Positions 14,939-22,104 of a DNA stretch of 36,290 bases are shown here, one piece after another (the first letter of the stretch is position 1; each line of letters starts with the position of its first letter). Source of the stretch: a virus. Taxonomy: Duplodnaviria > Caudoviricetes. The notes below the pieces were generated by a model. The model searched no databases and was not told the DNA's origin. It saw only the letters and a program-made list of their open reading frames with translations. The stretch covers positions 1 to 36,290 of the IMG/VR virus record IMGVR_UViG_3300017747_001556; one strand, 5' to 3'. A program made the position numbers and the translations under genes.

Positions 14939-15307
14939 TTACATTTCGATGAAGTACTTTGGGTCAAAGGTGTACTTCTCACCTTCAAAGTCACCATTGT
15001 ATACCAATCCCTCTGTGATACTTTCGAAGCCGTCAGCATCCGTACTGACTAACCTGAATGGTATGCACTCCTGAGTATACAACCGGTTCATCATTCGAAC
15101 TATAGTCCTCCAAACGTGGTCATTATTATTGTATTGACTGACCTTTACTACCAAGGTAGGTTCATCGTGACCTTCATACTCCCCTAGTGCATCCCTCATT
15201 TGCACAATGTGACTAGAGAAAAAGTCATACATATGCTGTCTGATTTGCTCTGCTGTGAACGGGTTATTGTTCAACCCGATGTTCAATGTAACGTGTGTTG
15301 TTTTCAT
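14939..15307 (-). CDS. Putative S-adenosylmethionine lyase (T3 SAMase-like anti-restriction protein)
   Basis: LNIGLN...GEYEGHDEPTLVVKV...YTQECI...GLVY parallels T3 SAMase GCY..EEKTVRV..EQDCV..GLVY; size and early position fit. Confidence 0.65.
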   Translation of the reverse strand: MKTTHVTLNIGLNNNPFTAEQIRQHMYDFFSSHIVQMRDALGEYEGHDEPTLVVKVSQYNNNDHVWRTIVRMMNRLYTQECIPFRLVSTDADGFESITEGLVYNGDFEGEKYTFDPKYFIEM

Positions 15308-15319
15308 ATTACTTTATGT

Positions 15320-15478
15320 TTATTTGGTTTCTAAATTATATACCTCATCCAATGTGAACCCCCTGCGTTTCATCATTGCGATATAGTTGCTCTCGTGCTG
15401 TTCATTTGCAAAGGTCTTGACAACCTGAAATTTGCTAGACCAAGACTTGTTGGTGTGAAATACGATGAGTGACTTCAT
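15320..15478 (-). CDS. Hypothetical early protein (52 aa), not in the ORF track
   Basis: MKSLIVFHTNKSWSSKFQVVKTFANEQHESNYIAMMKRRG...; ATGA overlap. Confidence 0.65.
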   Translation of the reverse strand: MKSLIVFHTNKSWSSKFQVVKTFANEQHESNYIAMMKRRGFTLDEVYNLETK

Positions 15479-15672
15479 AATGCCCAAACTAAATCGAATT
15501 CCTCAGAGACAAATTCGTTAAAAATGGCATCTAATTTACTTGTGCCATATTGAAAATGCTGAGATTTGCCATCTACATAGATATAATAACATTCACCAAA
15601 AACATGATGAGTGAATGTGTCCAATTCAATTTTTTTACCCGTAGCGCTGATTTGCGTTTTGATAGTTTTCAT
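15475..15672 (-). CDS. Hypothetical early protein (65 aa)
   Basis: First ORF downstream of HH3. Confidence 0.7.
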   Translation of the reverse strand: MKTIKTQISATGKKIELDTFTHHVFGECYYIYVDGKSQHFQYGTSKLDAIFNEFVSEEFDLVWAL

Positions 15673-15688
15673 AATTGTTTTTTTTAAT

Positions 15689-15744
15689 GATTAAGACAAG
15701 GACTTGCGCCCTTGTTTCGGGTAATGAACCCTCATCAGTTAACC
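15689..15744 (-). ncRNA. Type I hammerhead ribozyme HH3 (predicted GUC cleavage between 15695 and 15694)
   Basis: GGTTAA CTGATGA GGGT-TCATT-ACCC GAAA CAAGGGC-GCAA-GTCCTTG TC TTAATC. Confidence 0.93.
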
Positions 15745-15996
15745 TATGTGTAACCCCTGCTCATCAAACCAAGGCTGATATTCGCCGTGTTCAGCTGTCA
15801 TATCATCCAACTCATAGAACTCTGTGTTACCTGCCTGCTGTGTCTCGTGCAGTACTGCGATGATTGGATATTCATCACCTCTTGTTGGATGCTCAAAGAA
15901 CTCGATTACTTGACCTTTGTCATTCATCATCTTACCAAAACTAGTTGGGTTGTGGCTCATTAACTTTGTGTAATTTAACTTTGTGTAATTTAACAT
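15739..15996 (-). CDS. First early protein (85 aa)
   Basis: GQVIEFFEHPTRGDEYPII; the N-terminus carries a 15-bp tandem duplication (LNYTK x2). Confidence 0.75.
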   Translation of the reverse strand: MLNYTKLNYTKLMSHNPTSFGKMMNDKGQVIEFFEHPTRGDEYPIIAVLHETQQAGNTEFYELDDMTAEHGEYQPWFDEQGLHIG

Positions 15997-16021
15997 TGCT
16001 TATTGTTTTAATTGGTTTAGC

Positions 16022-16071
16022 GAAACACCCCTATCGAAAGGTAGATTCTGATATAATCTCATCAGTGTTTC
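16022..16071 (-). ncRNA. Hammerhead-like three-way junction lacking GAAA
   Basis: GAAACA CTGATGA GATT-ATATCAG-AATC TA CCT-TTCGAT-AGG GG TGTTTC. Confidence 0.4.
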
Positions 16072-16081
16072 AGTTAGTATC

Positions 16082-16131
16082 CAATATTTCAAAGAACGTC
16101 GGTCTTTATAGTCTTTTCCGTGTATGACTAT
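16082..16131 (-). promoter_or_regulatory. rrn-like antitermination site (hairpin plus boxA)
   Basis: ATAGTC-N12-GACTAT hairpin followed by GTTCTTTGAAATATTG (16097-16082) in the early leader. Confidence 0.55.
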
Positions 16132-16260
16132 CAATCTTTACTCAGTGGCCTCTCTTACAGCAGGTCGGCGTGTGTTATCGCATAGGTGATTGACAACTCT
16201 ATCGTAGCGTGTTTTCTCGGATGCGCTTATTCCCCGTGGTCTCTCCGTTGATTGACCCTG

Positions 16261-16294
16261 CAATACTACGGCGACCTTTTTGATTATCGACAAA
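16261..16294 (-). promoter_or_regulatory. Putative major early promoter
   Basis: TTTG-N22-TAGTATTG (one mismatch to TAnnTTTG) at the head of the leftward early operon. Confidence 0.5.
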
Positions 16295-16428
16295 TTAATT
16301 TGTTAACGAATGTTAAAATGATCCTAACTAATTGAAAACCAGCAAGATAATTTTGCAAATATTTTTAGGGGAATTGGGGAAATGAGTAATATATAGGTTA
16401 AAAGGAGCTGATGAGAGCTTACCGCTTT

Positions 16429-16863
16429 GTTGTACTATATTACAACCTGCGTAAATGCAATCGCTTTTTGTGGTAAAGGAAACAGGCGTGTGCGTATGCA
16501 TGCGTGCGTATAAGCGAAAATCAATAGCTTTTACAATTTTAACATATTTTAACAATGTTGCGTCCTGGAGCGCACCTTTTTATCTCACAGCTGTCAGAAA
16601 CCTGATGCGGAATAGGTTGTACTTTATTACAACAACTGCAATGTGTTATTGTACTTTAACACAACTGGATCATTGTACTTTAATACAACATGTCGGTTGG
16701 ACCTACGAATGTAATGCGTTGACATATAATACAACTAACAGGTTGTCATACAATACAACATACATTAGTAATACATATGTACTACACTTGTACTATATTA
16801 CAACGAGGACCTATGCTTTTCTGTTGTATACAATAACAACGAAGAGTTGTAACGTAATACAAC
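16429..16863. repeat. Array of nine 18-bp imperfect palindromes GTTGTA-N6-TACAAC
   Basis: Copies start at 16429, 16616, 16648, 16672, 16718, 16742, 16787, 16823 and 16846. Confidence 0.85.
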
Positions 16864-16933
16864 CCCACCCCGTCCGCAAAAATCGGTTTCGGTCTCGTGC
16901 GTGCGCTCGCATGTGTATAATAGACCCCCTCCA

Positions 16934-16992
16934 TACTGTGTTCCCCTCTTTTTTGAAATTAGGTACTATGTTCTCCTCTTTTTTGATTTTAG
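16934..16992. repeat. 29-bp direct repeat, period 30
   Basis: TACTGTGTTCCCCTCTTTTTTGAAATTAG / TACTATGTTCTCCTCTTTTTTGATTTTAG. Confidence 0.75.
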
Positions 16993-17066
16993 CCCTTTAA
17001 ATAGCCTGACCGATATGTGGGTATGCCTTGACTGATAAAAGTTGATTCTACGGCACTTATGGGTAC

Positions 17067-17094
17067 AAAAAAAGAGGGATTAAAATAACCCTCC
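17067..17094 (-). terminator. Intrinsic terminator of the replication operon
   Basis: GAGGG-N10-CCCTC followed by T7. Confidence 0.75.
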
Positions 17095-17132
17095 TAAATT
17101 GCTGGGTAGGTTCACTAAGAACCTTTGGTTCG

Positions 17133-17651
17133 CTACCTCCTTTTGTTTTTAATGTAGTTCATTTCCTTAATGAAGAACTCTGGTATCTCGTGTAGCCCTT
17201 CTTGGTTTAATGCCTCTACTATGGACTTAACCTTATCGAAGTACTTCTTGTTGGTTTCGATGAAGCTTCTTGTCTTGGCTATATGGTACTTGATTGAGGA
17301 CTTATCCATCTTGATGAATGAGGCTATGAGTTCAAAGTCACTAGACATTACCCCTTCGCAAATAAACATCCAGACTCTTTTGGATTCAACGTGGTTAGAT
17401 GTACGCTTACCTTTCATTACGTCCTTTTGGGTGACTCCGTACTCTTGGCAGCAGGCGTTGAATACCTTGGTCATAAACTCTTCGGGATCTTCTCTCCATC
17501 GGGTTATGGATGGGTACTTGCTCATGTAGTCGAATAGTTCCTCAGATAGCTTGTGTTCCATTCCGAGGGTTTCGATAAGTGCTGACACAAAAGCTGCCTT
17601 TTCGTAGGGCTTGATGTGTACAAGGAGTTTTTCTATTCTAGTGTATTTCAT
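17133..17651 (-). CDS. Second DnaA domain-IV-like HTH protein
   Basis: ACCQEYGVTQKDVMKGKRTSNHVESKRVWMFI...IASFIKMDKSSIKYHI. Confidence 0.7.
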   Translation of the reverse strand: MKYTRIEKLLVHIKPYEKAAFVSALIETLGMEHKLSEELFDYMSKYPSITRWREDPEEFMTKVFNACCQEYGVTQKDVMKGKRTSNHVESKRVWMFICEGVMSSDFELIASFIKMDKSSIKYHIAKTRSFIETNKKYFDKVKSIVEALNQEGLHEIPEFFIKEMNYIKNKRR

Positions 17652-19405
17652 TAGAATGGGGCTTCTTCGTTATTGATTTCTAATTGTTCTGTTGGCTTGT
17701 TCCCTATAACGCTACCTTGTTGTAGGAATCCAGGTTGGTAGAATCTTCCTGAGTCAAGGTCATATTGTAGTGGGACGCTACCTTGCATACCCCAGTGCTT
17801 GAACTTAACCTTTTGGACGAATACTTCGGGGGATGAGGTCCCATCCTCGAAGAAATGTCGGTAGACTGAGATACCGTTATGCGACTTGTTGAAGAAGTGA
17901 GCAGAGCCAGCCATGTCATATAGCGTGGGGACTAGGTATGGTCCTGTGCCTTTCTCTCTTTGCATTTTTGTAGGGTGAGCGACCACAAAGATATGTACTC
18001 CAAACTTATGAGCAAAATTTATTATTTGGTCTAGTTGCTTCCCGATGTATGTGGTTTCGTTGGAGGAGTAGTCATGGTCGAGCTTATTCCAAGCGTCAAT
18101 GATGAGTCCGTTGATTCCGTATCTTTTGACGAGTTGCTCTGCGTGGGCTAGGATACTATCTACACTGTTGTCTTCCTTTGGGACGATGTAGAAGAAGTTG
18201 TCTCGGTAGTACTCCATGGCTTGAACGATGTTGAAGTCGGGCATATCGTTGAACCTAGCACCTATGAGTTTGCTAGCGATCTTGGAGAAGTGGAGTTGTA
18301 GTGGGTAGTTCTCGGGGGAGAATATTCCGAACCTCCATCCGTGCTTGGTAGAAAGGTCCACCATGATTTGATCGAGGAACTCTGACTTTCCGTGGTTGGG
18401 GATACCAGTAACTACGGTTAGGTAGCCTGGCTCGAATGTGAGTAGCCTGTTGAATGATGGGATGGATATGTCGCAAGCAGGCTTTAACCCTTCACGCTTT
18501 AATCTCCAAATATCATCTGATAAGTTATCAACAGTGATTACTCCGTCTATGGGGTAGTCTTCAGAGTTGCTGATTGTGTCAGATAAGATTAGTTTATCAG
18601 TCATTAACAGCTCATTTGCATCTTTATGACCGAAAAATGCTACTTTACGGCATCTGTACTTACCTAACCTACGAGCGAGTTCTTCTTGAAGCACACGCCC
18701 TGGCTCATCATCATCGGTTGCGATATAGATGGTTTGGATGTCATCGAATAGGTCTATGCAGTTGTCGAGGTATAGGAGCTTCTGACTTACAGACTTAGTG
18801 GCTCCGTTTGGTACGGATATAACTGAGTCGAACCCAATCTCCATGTAGGACAGCGCATCCATCTCTCCCTCGGTGATGATAACGTACTCCTGACCCTTCA
18901 TGCTGTCCAAGTTATAGAATATCAGCTCAGCATCCTTGTAGAGTTTGAACGACTTCTTTGGTCCACGGTACTTCACGTTGATTAGTTCCGTCTCACGGAA
19001 GTAGTTGAACTCGATGCACTTAGCCTCCTTCTCAAGTTGGGGGAAGAATGTGCGACCTTGTGAGATCTTGGCTTGGTTCACTACACGTTGGGATATTCCT
19101 CGGTCAGTGAAGAACTTTAGGACATCGTCTTCGAGGTCTGTGATGTTTCTCCACTCAGGGCGAGAGTATATTGGCTTTTGGTTTTCTGATGGCTTGTATG
19201 CCCCATCTAGTTTTTTACCGAACCTTGATCCGCAGTGTAGGCAGTTCCCGATTCCTTTCTGTCCATCCCAGCTGAATGACTTGGCTGACTTCTTTTTACG
19301 ATCCCCTGAACATTCTGGACATGGCATAGCATTTTCTCCATTGATGTTCTTGATGTCGATGATGAACTCTCTTCTCGTTTGTAGGTTTACTATTCTTTCG
19401 GTCAT
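17651..19405 (-). CDS. Bifunctional DNA primase-helicase (T7 gp4/Twinkle type)
   Basis: Zn-finger CPEC..CLHC; TOPRIM ITEGEMDALS and DDDEPG; Walker A GIPNHGKS; IIDAWN, VVAHPTK, DMAGSAHF. Start 19405 by ATGA overlap. Confidence 0.95.
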   Translation of the reverse strand: MTERIVNLQTRREFIIDIKNINGENAMPCPECSGDRKKKSAKSFSWDGQKGIGNCLHCGSRFGKKLDGAYKPSENQKPIYSRPEWRNITDLEDDVLKFFTDRGISQRVVNQAKISQGRTFFPQLEKEAKCIEFNYFRETELINVKYRGPKKSFKLYKDAELIFYNLDSMKGQEYVIITEGEMDALSYMEIGFDSVISVPNGATKSVSQKLLYLDNCIDLFDDIQTIYIATDDDEPGRVLQEELARRLGKYRCRKVAFFGHKDANELLMTDKLILSDTISNSEDYPIDGVITVDNLSDDIWRLKREGLKPACDISIPSFNRLLTFEPGYLTVVTGIPNHGKSEFLDQIMVDLSTKHGWRFGIFSPENYPLQLHFSKIASKLIGARFNDMPDFNIVQAMEYYRDNFFYIVPKEDNSVDSILAHAEQLVKRYGINGLIIDAWNKLDHDYSSNETTYIGKQLDQIINFAHKFGVHIFVVAHPTKMQREKGTGPYLVPTLYDMAGSAHFFNKSHNGISVYRHFFEDGTSSPEVFVQKVKFKHWGMQGSVPLQYDLDSGRFYQPGFLQQGSVIGNKPTEQLEINNEEAPF

Positions 19406-19647
19406 AACTTGTTTATTTCGTTTTTTACTTCCTCCCAATATGAAATTTTACTAAGCTCATCAGCTTGTGATGAATACTCTATTGTGTTTAGTATTTTATC
19501 AACTGTAATCATTGCTAAATCTTTGGACAAAGCTTTGATTGAAACCCCTTTTGTATGATCCCTAACCATACTATCGAATGACGTCACTAAATCAATAGCC
19601 TCTTGTTTCGCTTCTAAATTTTCCATCTGCTTATGACTTAAATCCAA
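19402..19647 (-). CDS. Hypothetical protein (81 aa)
   Basis: AMITVDKIL...YWEEVKNEINKL, a recurrent small phage family. Confidence 0.7.
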   Translation of the reverse strand: MDLSHKQMENLEAKQEAIDLVTSFDSMVRDHTKGVSIKALSKDLAMITVDKILNTIEYSSQADELSKISYWEEVKNEINKL

Positions 19648-20431
19648 TTGGTGTTGATTTATACTCCCAAACTCCGTTAATTACCTCTCGCTTCATTAGA
19701 GGGTTATTATGGAACTCTTTTACATAGCCGGGTATGTTGGTATCGTTTTCGCCAGTTATTTGAATTTTACCCCCTTTCTGTGCGTTTTTGAACCATGATG
19801 CGATCATCTTCTGCTTCCAATTTAGAACTTGGTCCCCTTTTGCGTCTTTCCAGTCGGCAACGGAATAATATTCCCAAGCCTGCGCCCCAACGCTACGGTC
19901 AAAACCTTTTTCAGCTGCGTAATCCATCATCTCCTCTTTCGATGGGGCAACAAATTCTTTTCTTTTTCTTTTTGTATTTTCTTTTTCTGAATTATTAGAT
20001 ATATTATTACTAGATTCTATATATATATTTTCATTTTCCATATGTATTACACTTGTATCTACTAGTGTATTACTAGTGTTATTCATATGTATTTCATTAG
20101 TATTACTAGTGTAGTTCACTTGTTTTTCACTAGTATCCCATCTTTTCTTAATGTTGTTTCTTCTTGACTCAGAGAATTTCTTTCTTTTTTGAATCTCAGT
20201 TTCAAGTCTGATGTTATAGTACATGCTATTTTCGTCACGCTCGAATTTACTTAACACAGCTAAATCTAGATCTCCGCAAATTTGCAGGACCATAGCCTCT
20301 GATAATCTTCCGTGTTGATGTTGAGCGCAGATAAGTCTGATGTACTTGCCTGTCTGTTCATGTGTAAGGAAAGCAGTCCCTACATAGAAGTCCTGTGAGT
20401 AAAACAGGAACGCTGGATCTTTTTGTGCCAT
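19631..20431 (-). CDS. Phage replication initiator (YdaU/DUF1376-like N-terminus, low-complexity linker, conserved C-terminal domain)
   Basis: KDPAFLFYSQDF...EQTGKYIRLIC; FVAPSKEEM..WEYY...W..NWK; internal iterons; upstream of the helicase. Confidence 0.85.
   Translation of the reverse strand: MAQKDPAFLFYSQDFYVGTAFLTHEQTGKYIRLICAQHQHGRLSEAMVLQICGDLDLAVLSKFERDENSMYYNIRLETEIQKRKKFSESRRNNIKKRWDTSEKQVNYTSNTNEIHMNNTSNTLVDTSVIHMENENIYIESSNNISNNSEKENTKRKRKEFVAPSKEEMMDYAAEKGFDRSVGAQAWEYYSVADWKDAKGDQVLNWKQKMIASWFKNAQKGGKIQITGENDTNIPGYVKEFHNNPLMKREVINGVWEYKSTPIGFKS
20044..20136. repeat. Putative origin: about eight tandem 11-bp iterons (consensus about GTATTACTAGT) next to an AT-rich tract
   Basis: GTATTACACTT, GTATCTACTAGT, GTATTACTAGT, GTTATTCATAT, GTATTTCATTA, GTATTACTAGT, GTAGTTCACTT, GTTTTTCACTA; lambda O-like position inside the initiator gene. 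Confidence 0.75.
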
Positions 20432-20458
20432 ACTTGTTTTTGATTAATGTTTCGGATA

Positions 20459-20490
20459 CAAATGTAATACACTTGTATTCGTGTGACAAA
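20459..20490 (-). promoter_or_regulatory. Promoter of the replication operon
   Basis: TTTG-N20-TACATTTG; overlapped by the iteron-like GTAATACACTT. Confidence 0.75.
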
Positions 20491-20526
20491 ATTTTTTTAT
20501 CAACAATAAAATTGTGCAAAAGTTTT

Positions 20527-20559
20527 TTTGCGTTTAATGAAACAATCGTTATATATTTG
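20527..20559 (+). promoter_or_regulatory. Divergent rightward promoter
   Basis: TTTG-N21-TATATTTG. Confidence 0.8.
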
Positions 20560-20579
20560 CTGACATTAATTTTAATAAA

Positions 20580-20870
20580 ATGCCAATTCTACCAAAGAAA
20601 CCAAGAAGTCAGAAGCTAGAAGAAAGAGCTGCTGCTAAAAATAAAAAGGCTGCTTTTTATCGTCAGTCTAATATTGACATGGCTAATCAAGCTAATCAAT
20701 TAAAATCTAAGAGGGAAGGAATGGAGAGTACCGGGAGAAAGGCTACTGATAAGTTAATTCCTAAATTGGAAAAATCTTCTTCAAAGGCTGGTGTTAAAAG
20801 TGTTGCGCTTGGTCAAAAGGCTTATAATCTCAAAGATAAGGCAGCTAAATTAAAATCAAAGGGGAAATAA
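20580..20870 (+). CDS. Highly basic Lys/Ala-rich protein (96 aa)
   Basis: Composition only. Confidence 0.7.
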   Translation: MPILPKKPRSQKLEERAAAKNKKAAFYRQSNIDMANQANQLKSKREGMESTGRKATDKLIPKLEKSSSKAGVKSVALGQKAYNLKDKAAKLKSKGK

Positions 20871-21337
20871 TGAACGGTCCTGGTCCAATTAAAGTTGCTA
20901 TTAACAATGCAAAGGCTCGTAAAGAAGAAAAGCAACGAGCTGCTGAGCAGGGTTATAAATATAATCGTAACATTATCCATGACGCAGGTGAAGGTAAGTC
21001 TCGCATGATTAAGGGTAGCGTTGCTGCTGCTGCAAAAGGAAAGGTGGATGAGGCTAAGCAAGGGTTGAAGAAAGTATCTACATCTGTGAAGCAGAGTATT
21101 GAGAAGAAGGTAGATCGTATGCAGGATGCTAAGAATGCTAGAAAGGCTATGCAGGCTGGAGAGTCTCGTGGTAGAAAGGCTAGCGATAGTATGGGTACTG
21201 CTAAGCAAAAGAAAAGTAATGAGATCATTCAGAAAGGCAGAAAAGGTTTTGTTACAGGCGGTACTAAAAAAACATCTTCAGGGAATAGGTCTGTTAAAAG
21301 ACAGGCAGTTAGATCCATGAAGAACAGGGTGAGTTAA
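20870..21337 (+). CDS. Highly basic Lys/Arg/Ala-rich protein (155 aa)
   Basis: Composition only; TAATG coupling. Confidence 0.7.
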   Translation: MNGPGPIKVAINNAKARKEEKQRAAEQGYKYNRNIIHDAGEGKSRMIKGSVAAAAKGKVDEAKQGLKKVSTSVKQSIEKKVDRMQDAKNARKAMQAGESRGRKASDSMGTAKQKKSNEIIQKGRKGFVTGGTKKTSSGNRSVKRQAVRSMKNRVS

Positions 21338-21361
21338 TTAATTATATAAAAACAAAAAACA

Positions 21362-21724
21362 ATGAGTAATTATTCTATGAAAGGAGTGGTGTCCTCTGTC
21401 TCTGATGTTCAACAAAGAGGCAATTTTGAATGGAGAAATCTATTCTTAACTACATCAAAAGAAGTTAACGGAAAAGAGTACAACGATGTATTCGAGTTCC
21501 AGGTGTCTGGAAAGAACCTTGACACGTTGAGCGAAGCTTGTGTCGGTTGTGACGCAGAGATTTTCTTTAACATCCGTAGCCGTGAGTACAACGGAAAGTA
21601 CTACACTAACTTGGCTATGTGGAAGATGGACTATGAGCCAAAGAAAGGTCAGCCAGGAAATTATTCCAAGCCTGCATCAGCTCCAGCATCTACCGAGACA
21701 TCTGACGATGACTTGCTATTTTGA
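21362..21724 (+). CDS. Single-stranded DNA-binding protein-like (DUF3127 OB-fold)
   Basis: FNIRSREYNGKYYTNLAMWK and an acidic C-tail DDDLLF. Confidence 0.85.
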   Translation: MSNYSMKGVVSSVSDVQQRGNFEWRNLFLTTSKEVNGKEYNDVFEFQVSGKNLDTLSEACVGCDAEIFFNIRSREYNGKYYTNLAMWKMDYEPKKGQPGNYSKPASAPASTETSDDDLLF

Positions 21725-21795
21725 TGTTGAAAAAAACAAATAACTCATAACGAATTAAATCCCCTTTTATGATTACCTTTGATAAAAACTCGAAT

Positions 21796-22104
21796 ATGAA
21801 GGGTGTTAAGAAAGGGGATTTTTTTCTTCAAGAAAACATACTGAAGTGTAAGGCTTTGGTGCAGATAGAGTTGGATGAGACATACGAGGGAGCGAGCGAT
21901 TATATGTGGGGCGATATAGCAATACCTGTACACTTAATTTCATACTTTTCAATGTATGTAAGTAACACAGGGACCATAATGAAGAACAGGGTTATCATAA
22001 CCTTGGATGATGGGAAGGACTTGATTATTAAAGGGAATATAGAAGACTTGGTTGAAATATACAATGTGTTCAAGTCAAGAGAGATGACGTTTAAATTTAA
22101 CTAA
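21796..22104 (+). CDS. Hypothetical protein (102 aa)
   Basis: Start moved to ATG 21796 because TACCTTTG (21774-21781) lies inside the longer track ORF. Confidence 0.65.
   Translation: MKGVKKGDFFLQENILKCKALVQIELDETYEGASDYMWGDIAIPVHLISYFSMYVSNTGTIMKNRVIITLDDGKDLIIKGNIEDLVEIYNVFKSREMTFKFN

Noticed and set aside
13569-15744. Retrozyme, retron or DGR explanation for the hammerheads
   Set aside because: There is no reverse transcriptase in the window, no long terminal repeats around the ribozymes, and no template/variable repeat pair was seen.
15960-15993. 15-bp tandem duplication at the start of the first early gene (LNYTK x2)
   Set aside because: Real, but most simply an in-frame slippage duplication with no evidence of function.
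16408-16427. Plus-strand CTGATGA-GAGC-TTACC-GCTT, resembling half a hammerhead
   Set aside because: No GAAA, stem III, UH triplet or stem I follows, and it is on the opposite strand to the early RNA. Probably chance.
16616-16863. CRISPR mini-array (GTTGT...ACAAC resembles the ends of Bacteroidota type II-C/VI repeats)
   Set aside because: Units are only 18 bp with variable centres, the gaps are 5-28 bp and irregular, and there are no cas genes. It fits a protein-binding-site array better.
16328-17000. Track ORFs 16455..17000 (+, 181 aa) and 16328..16555 (-)
   Set aside because: They translate the repeat array (T/Y/C-rich low complexity) and have no plausible expression signals; treated as non-coding.
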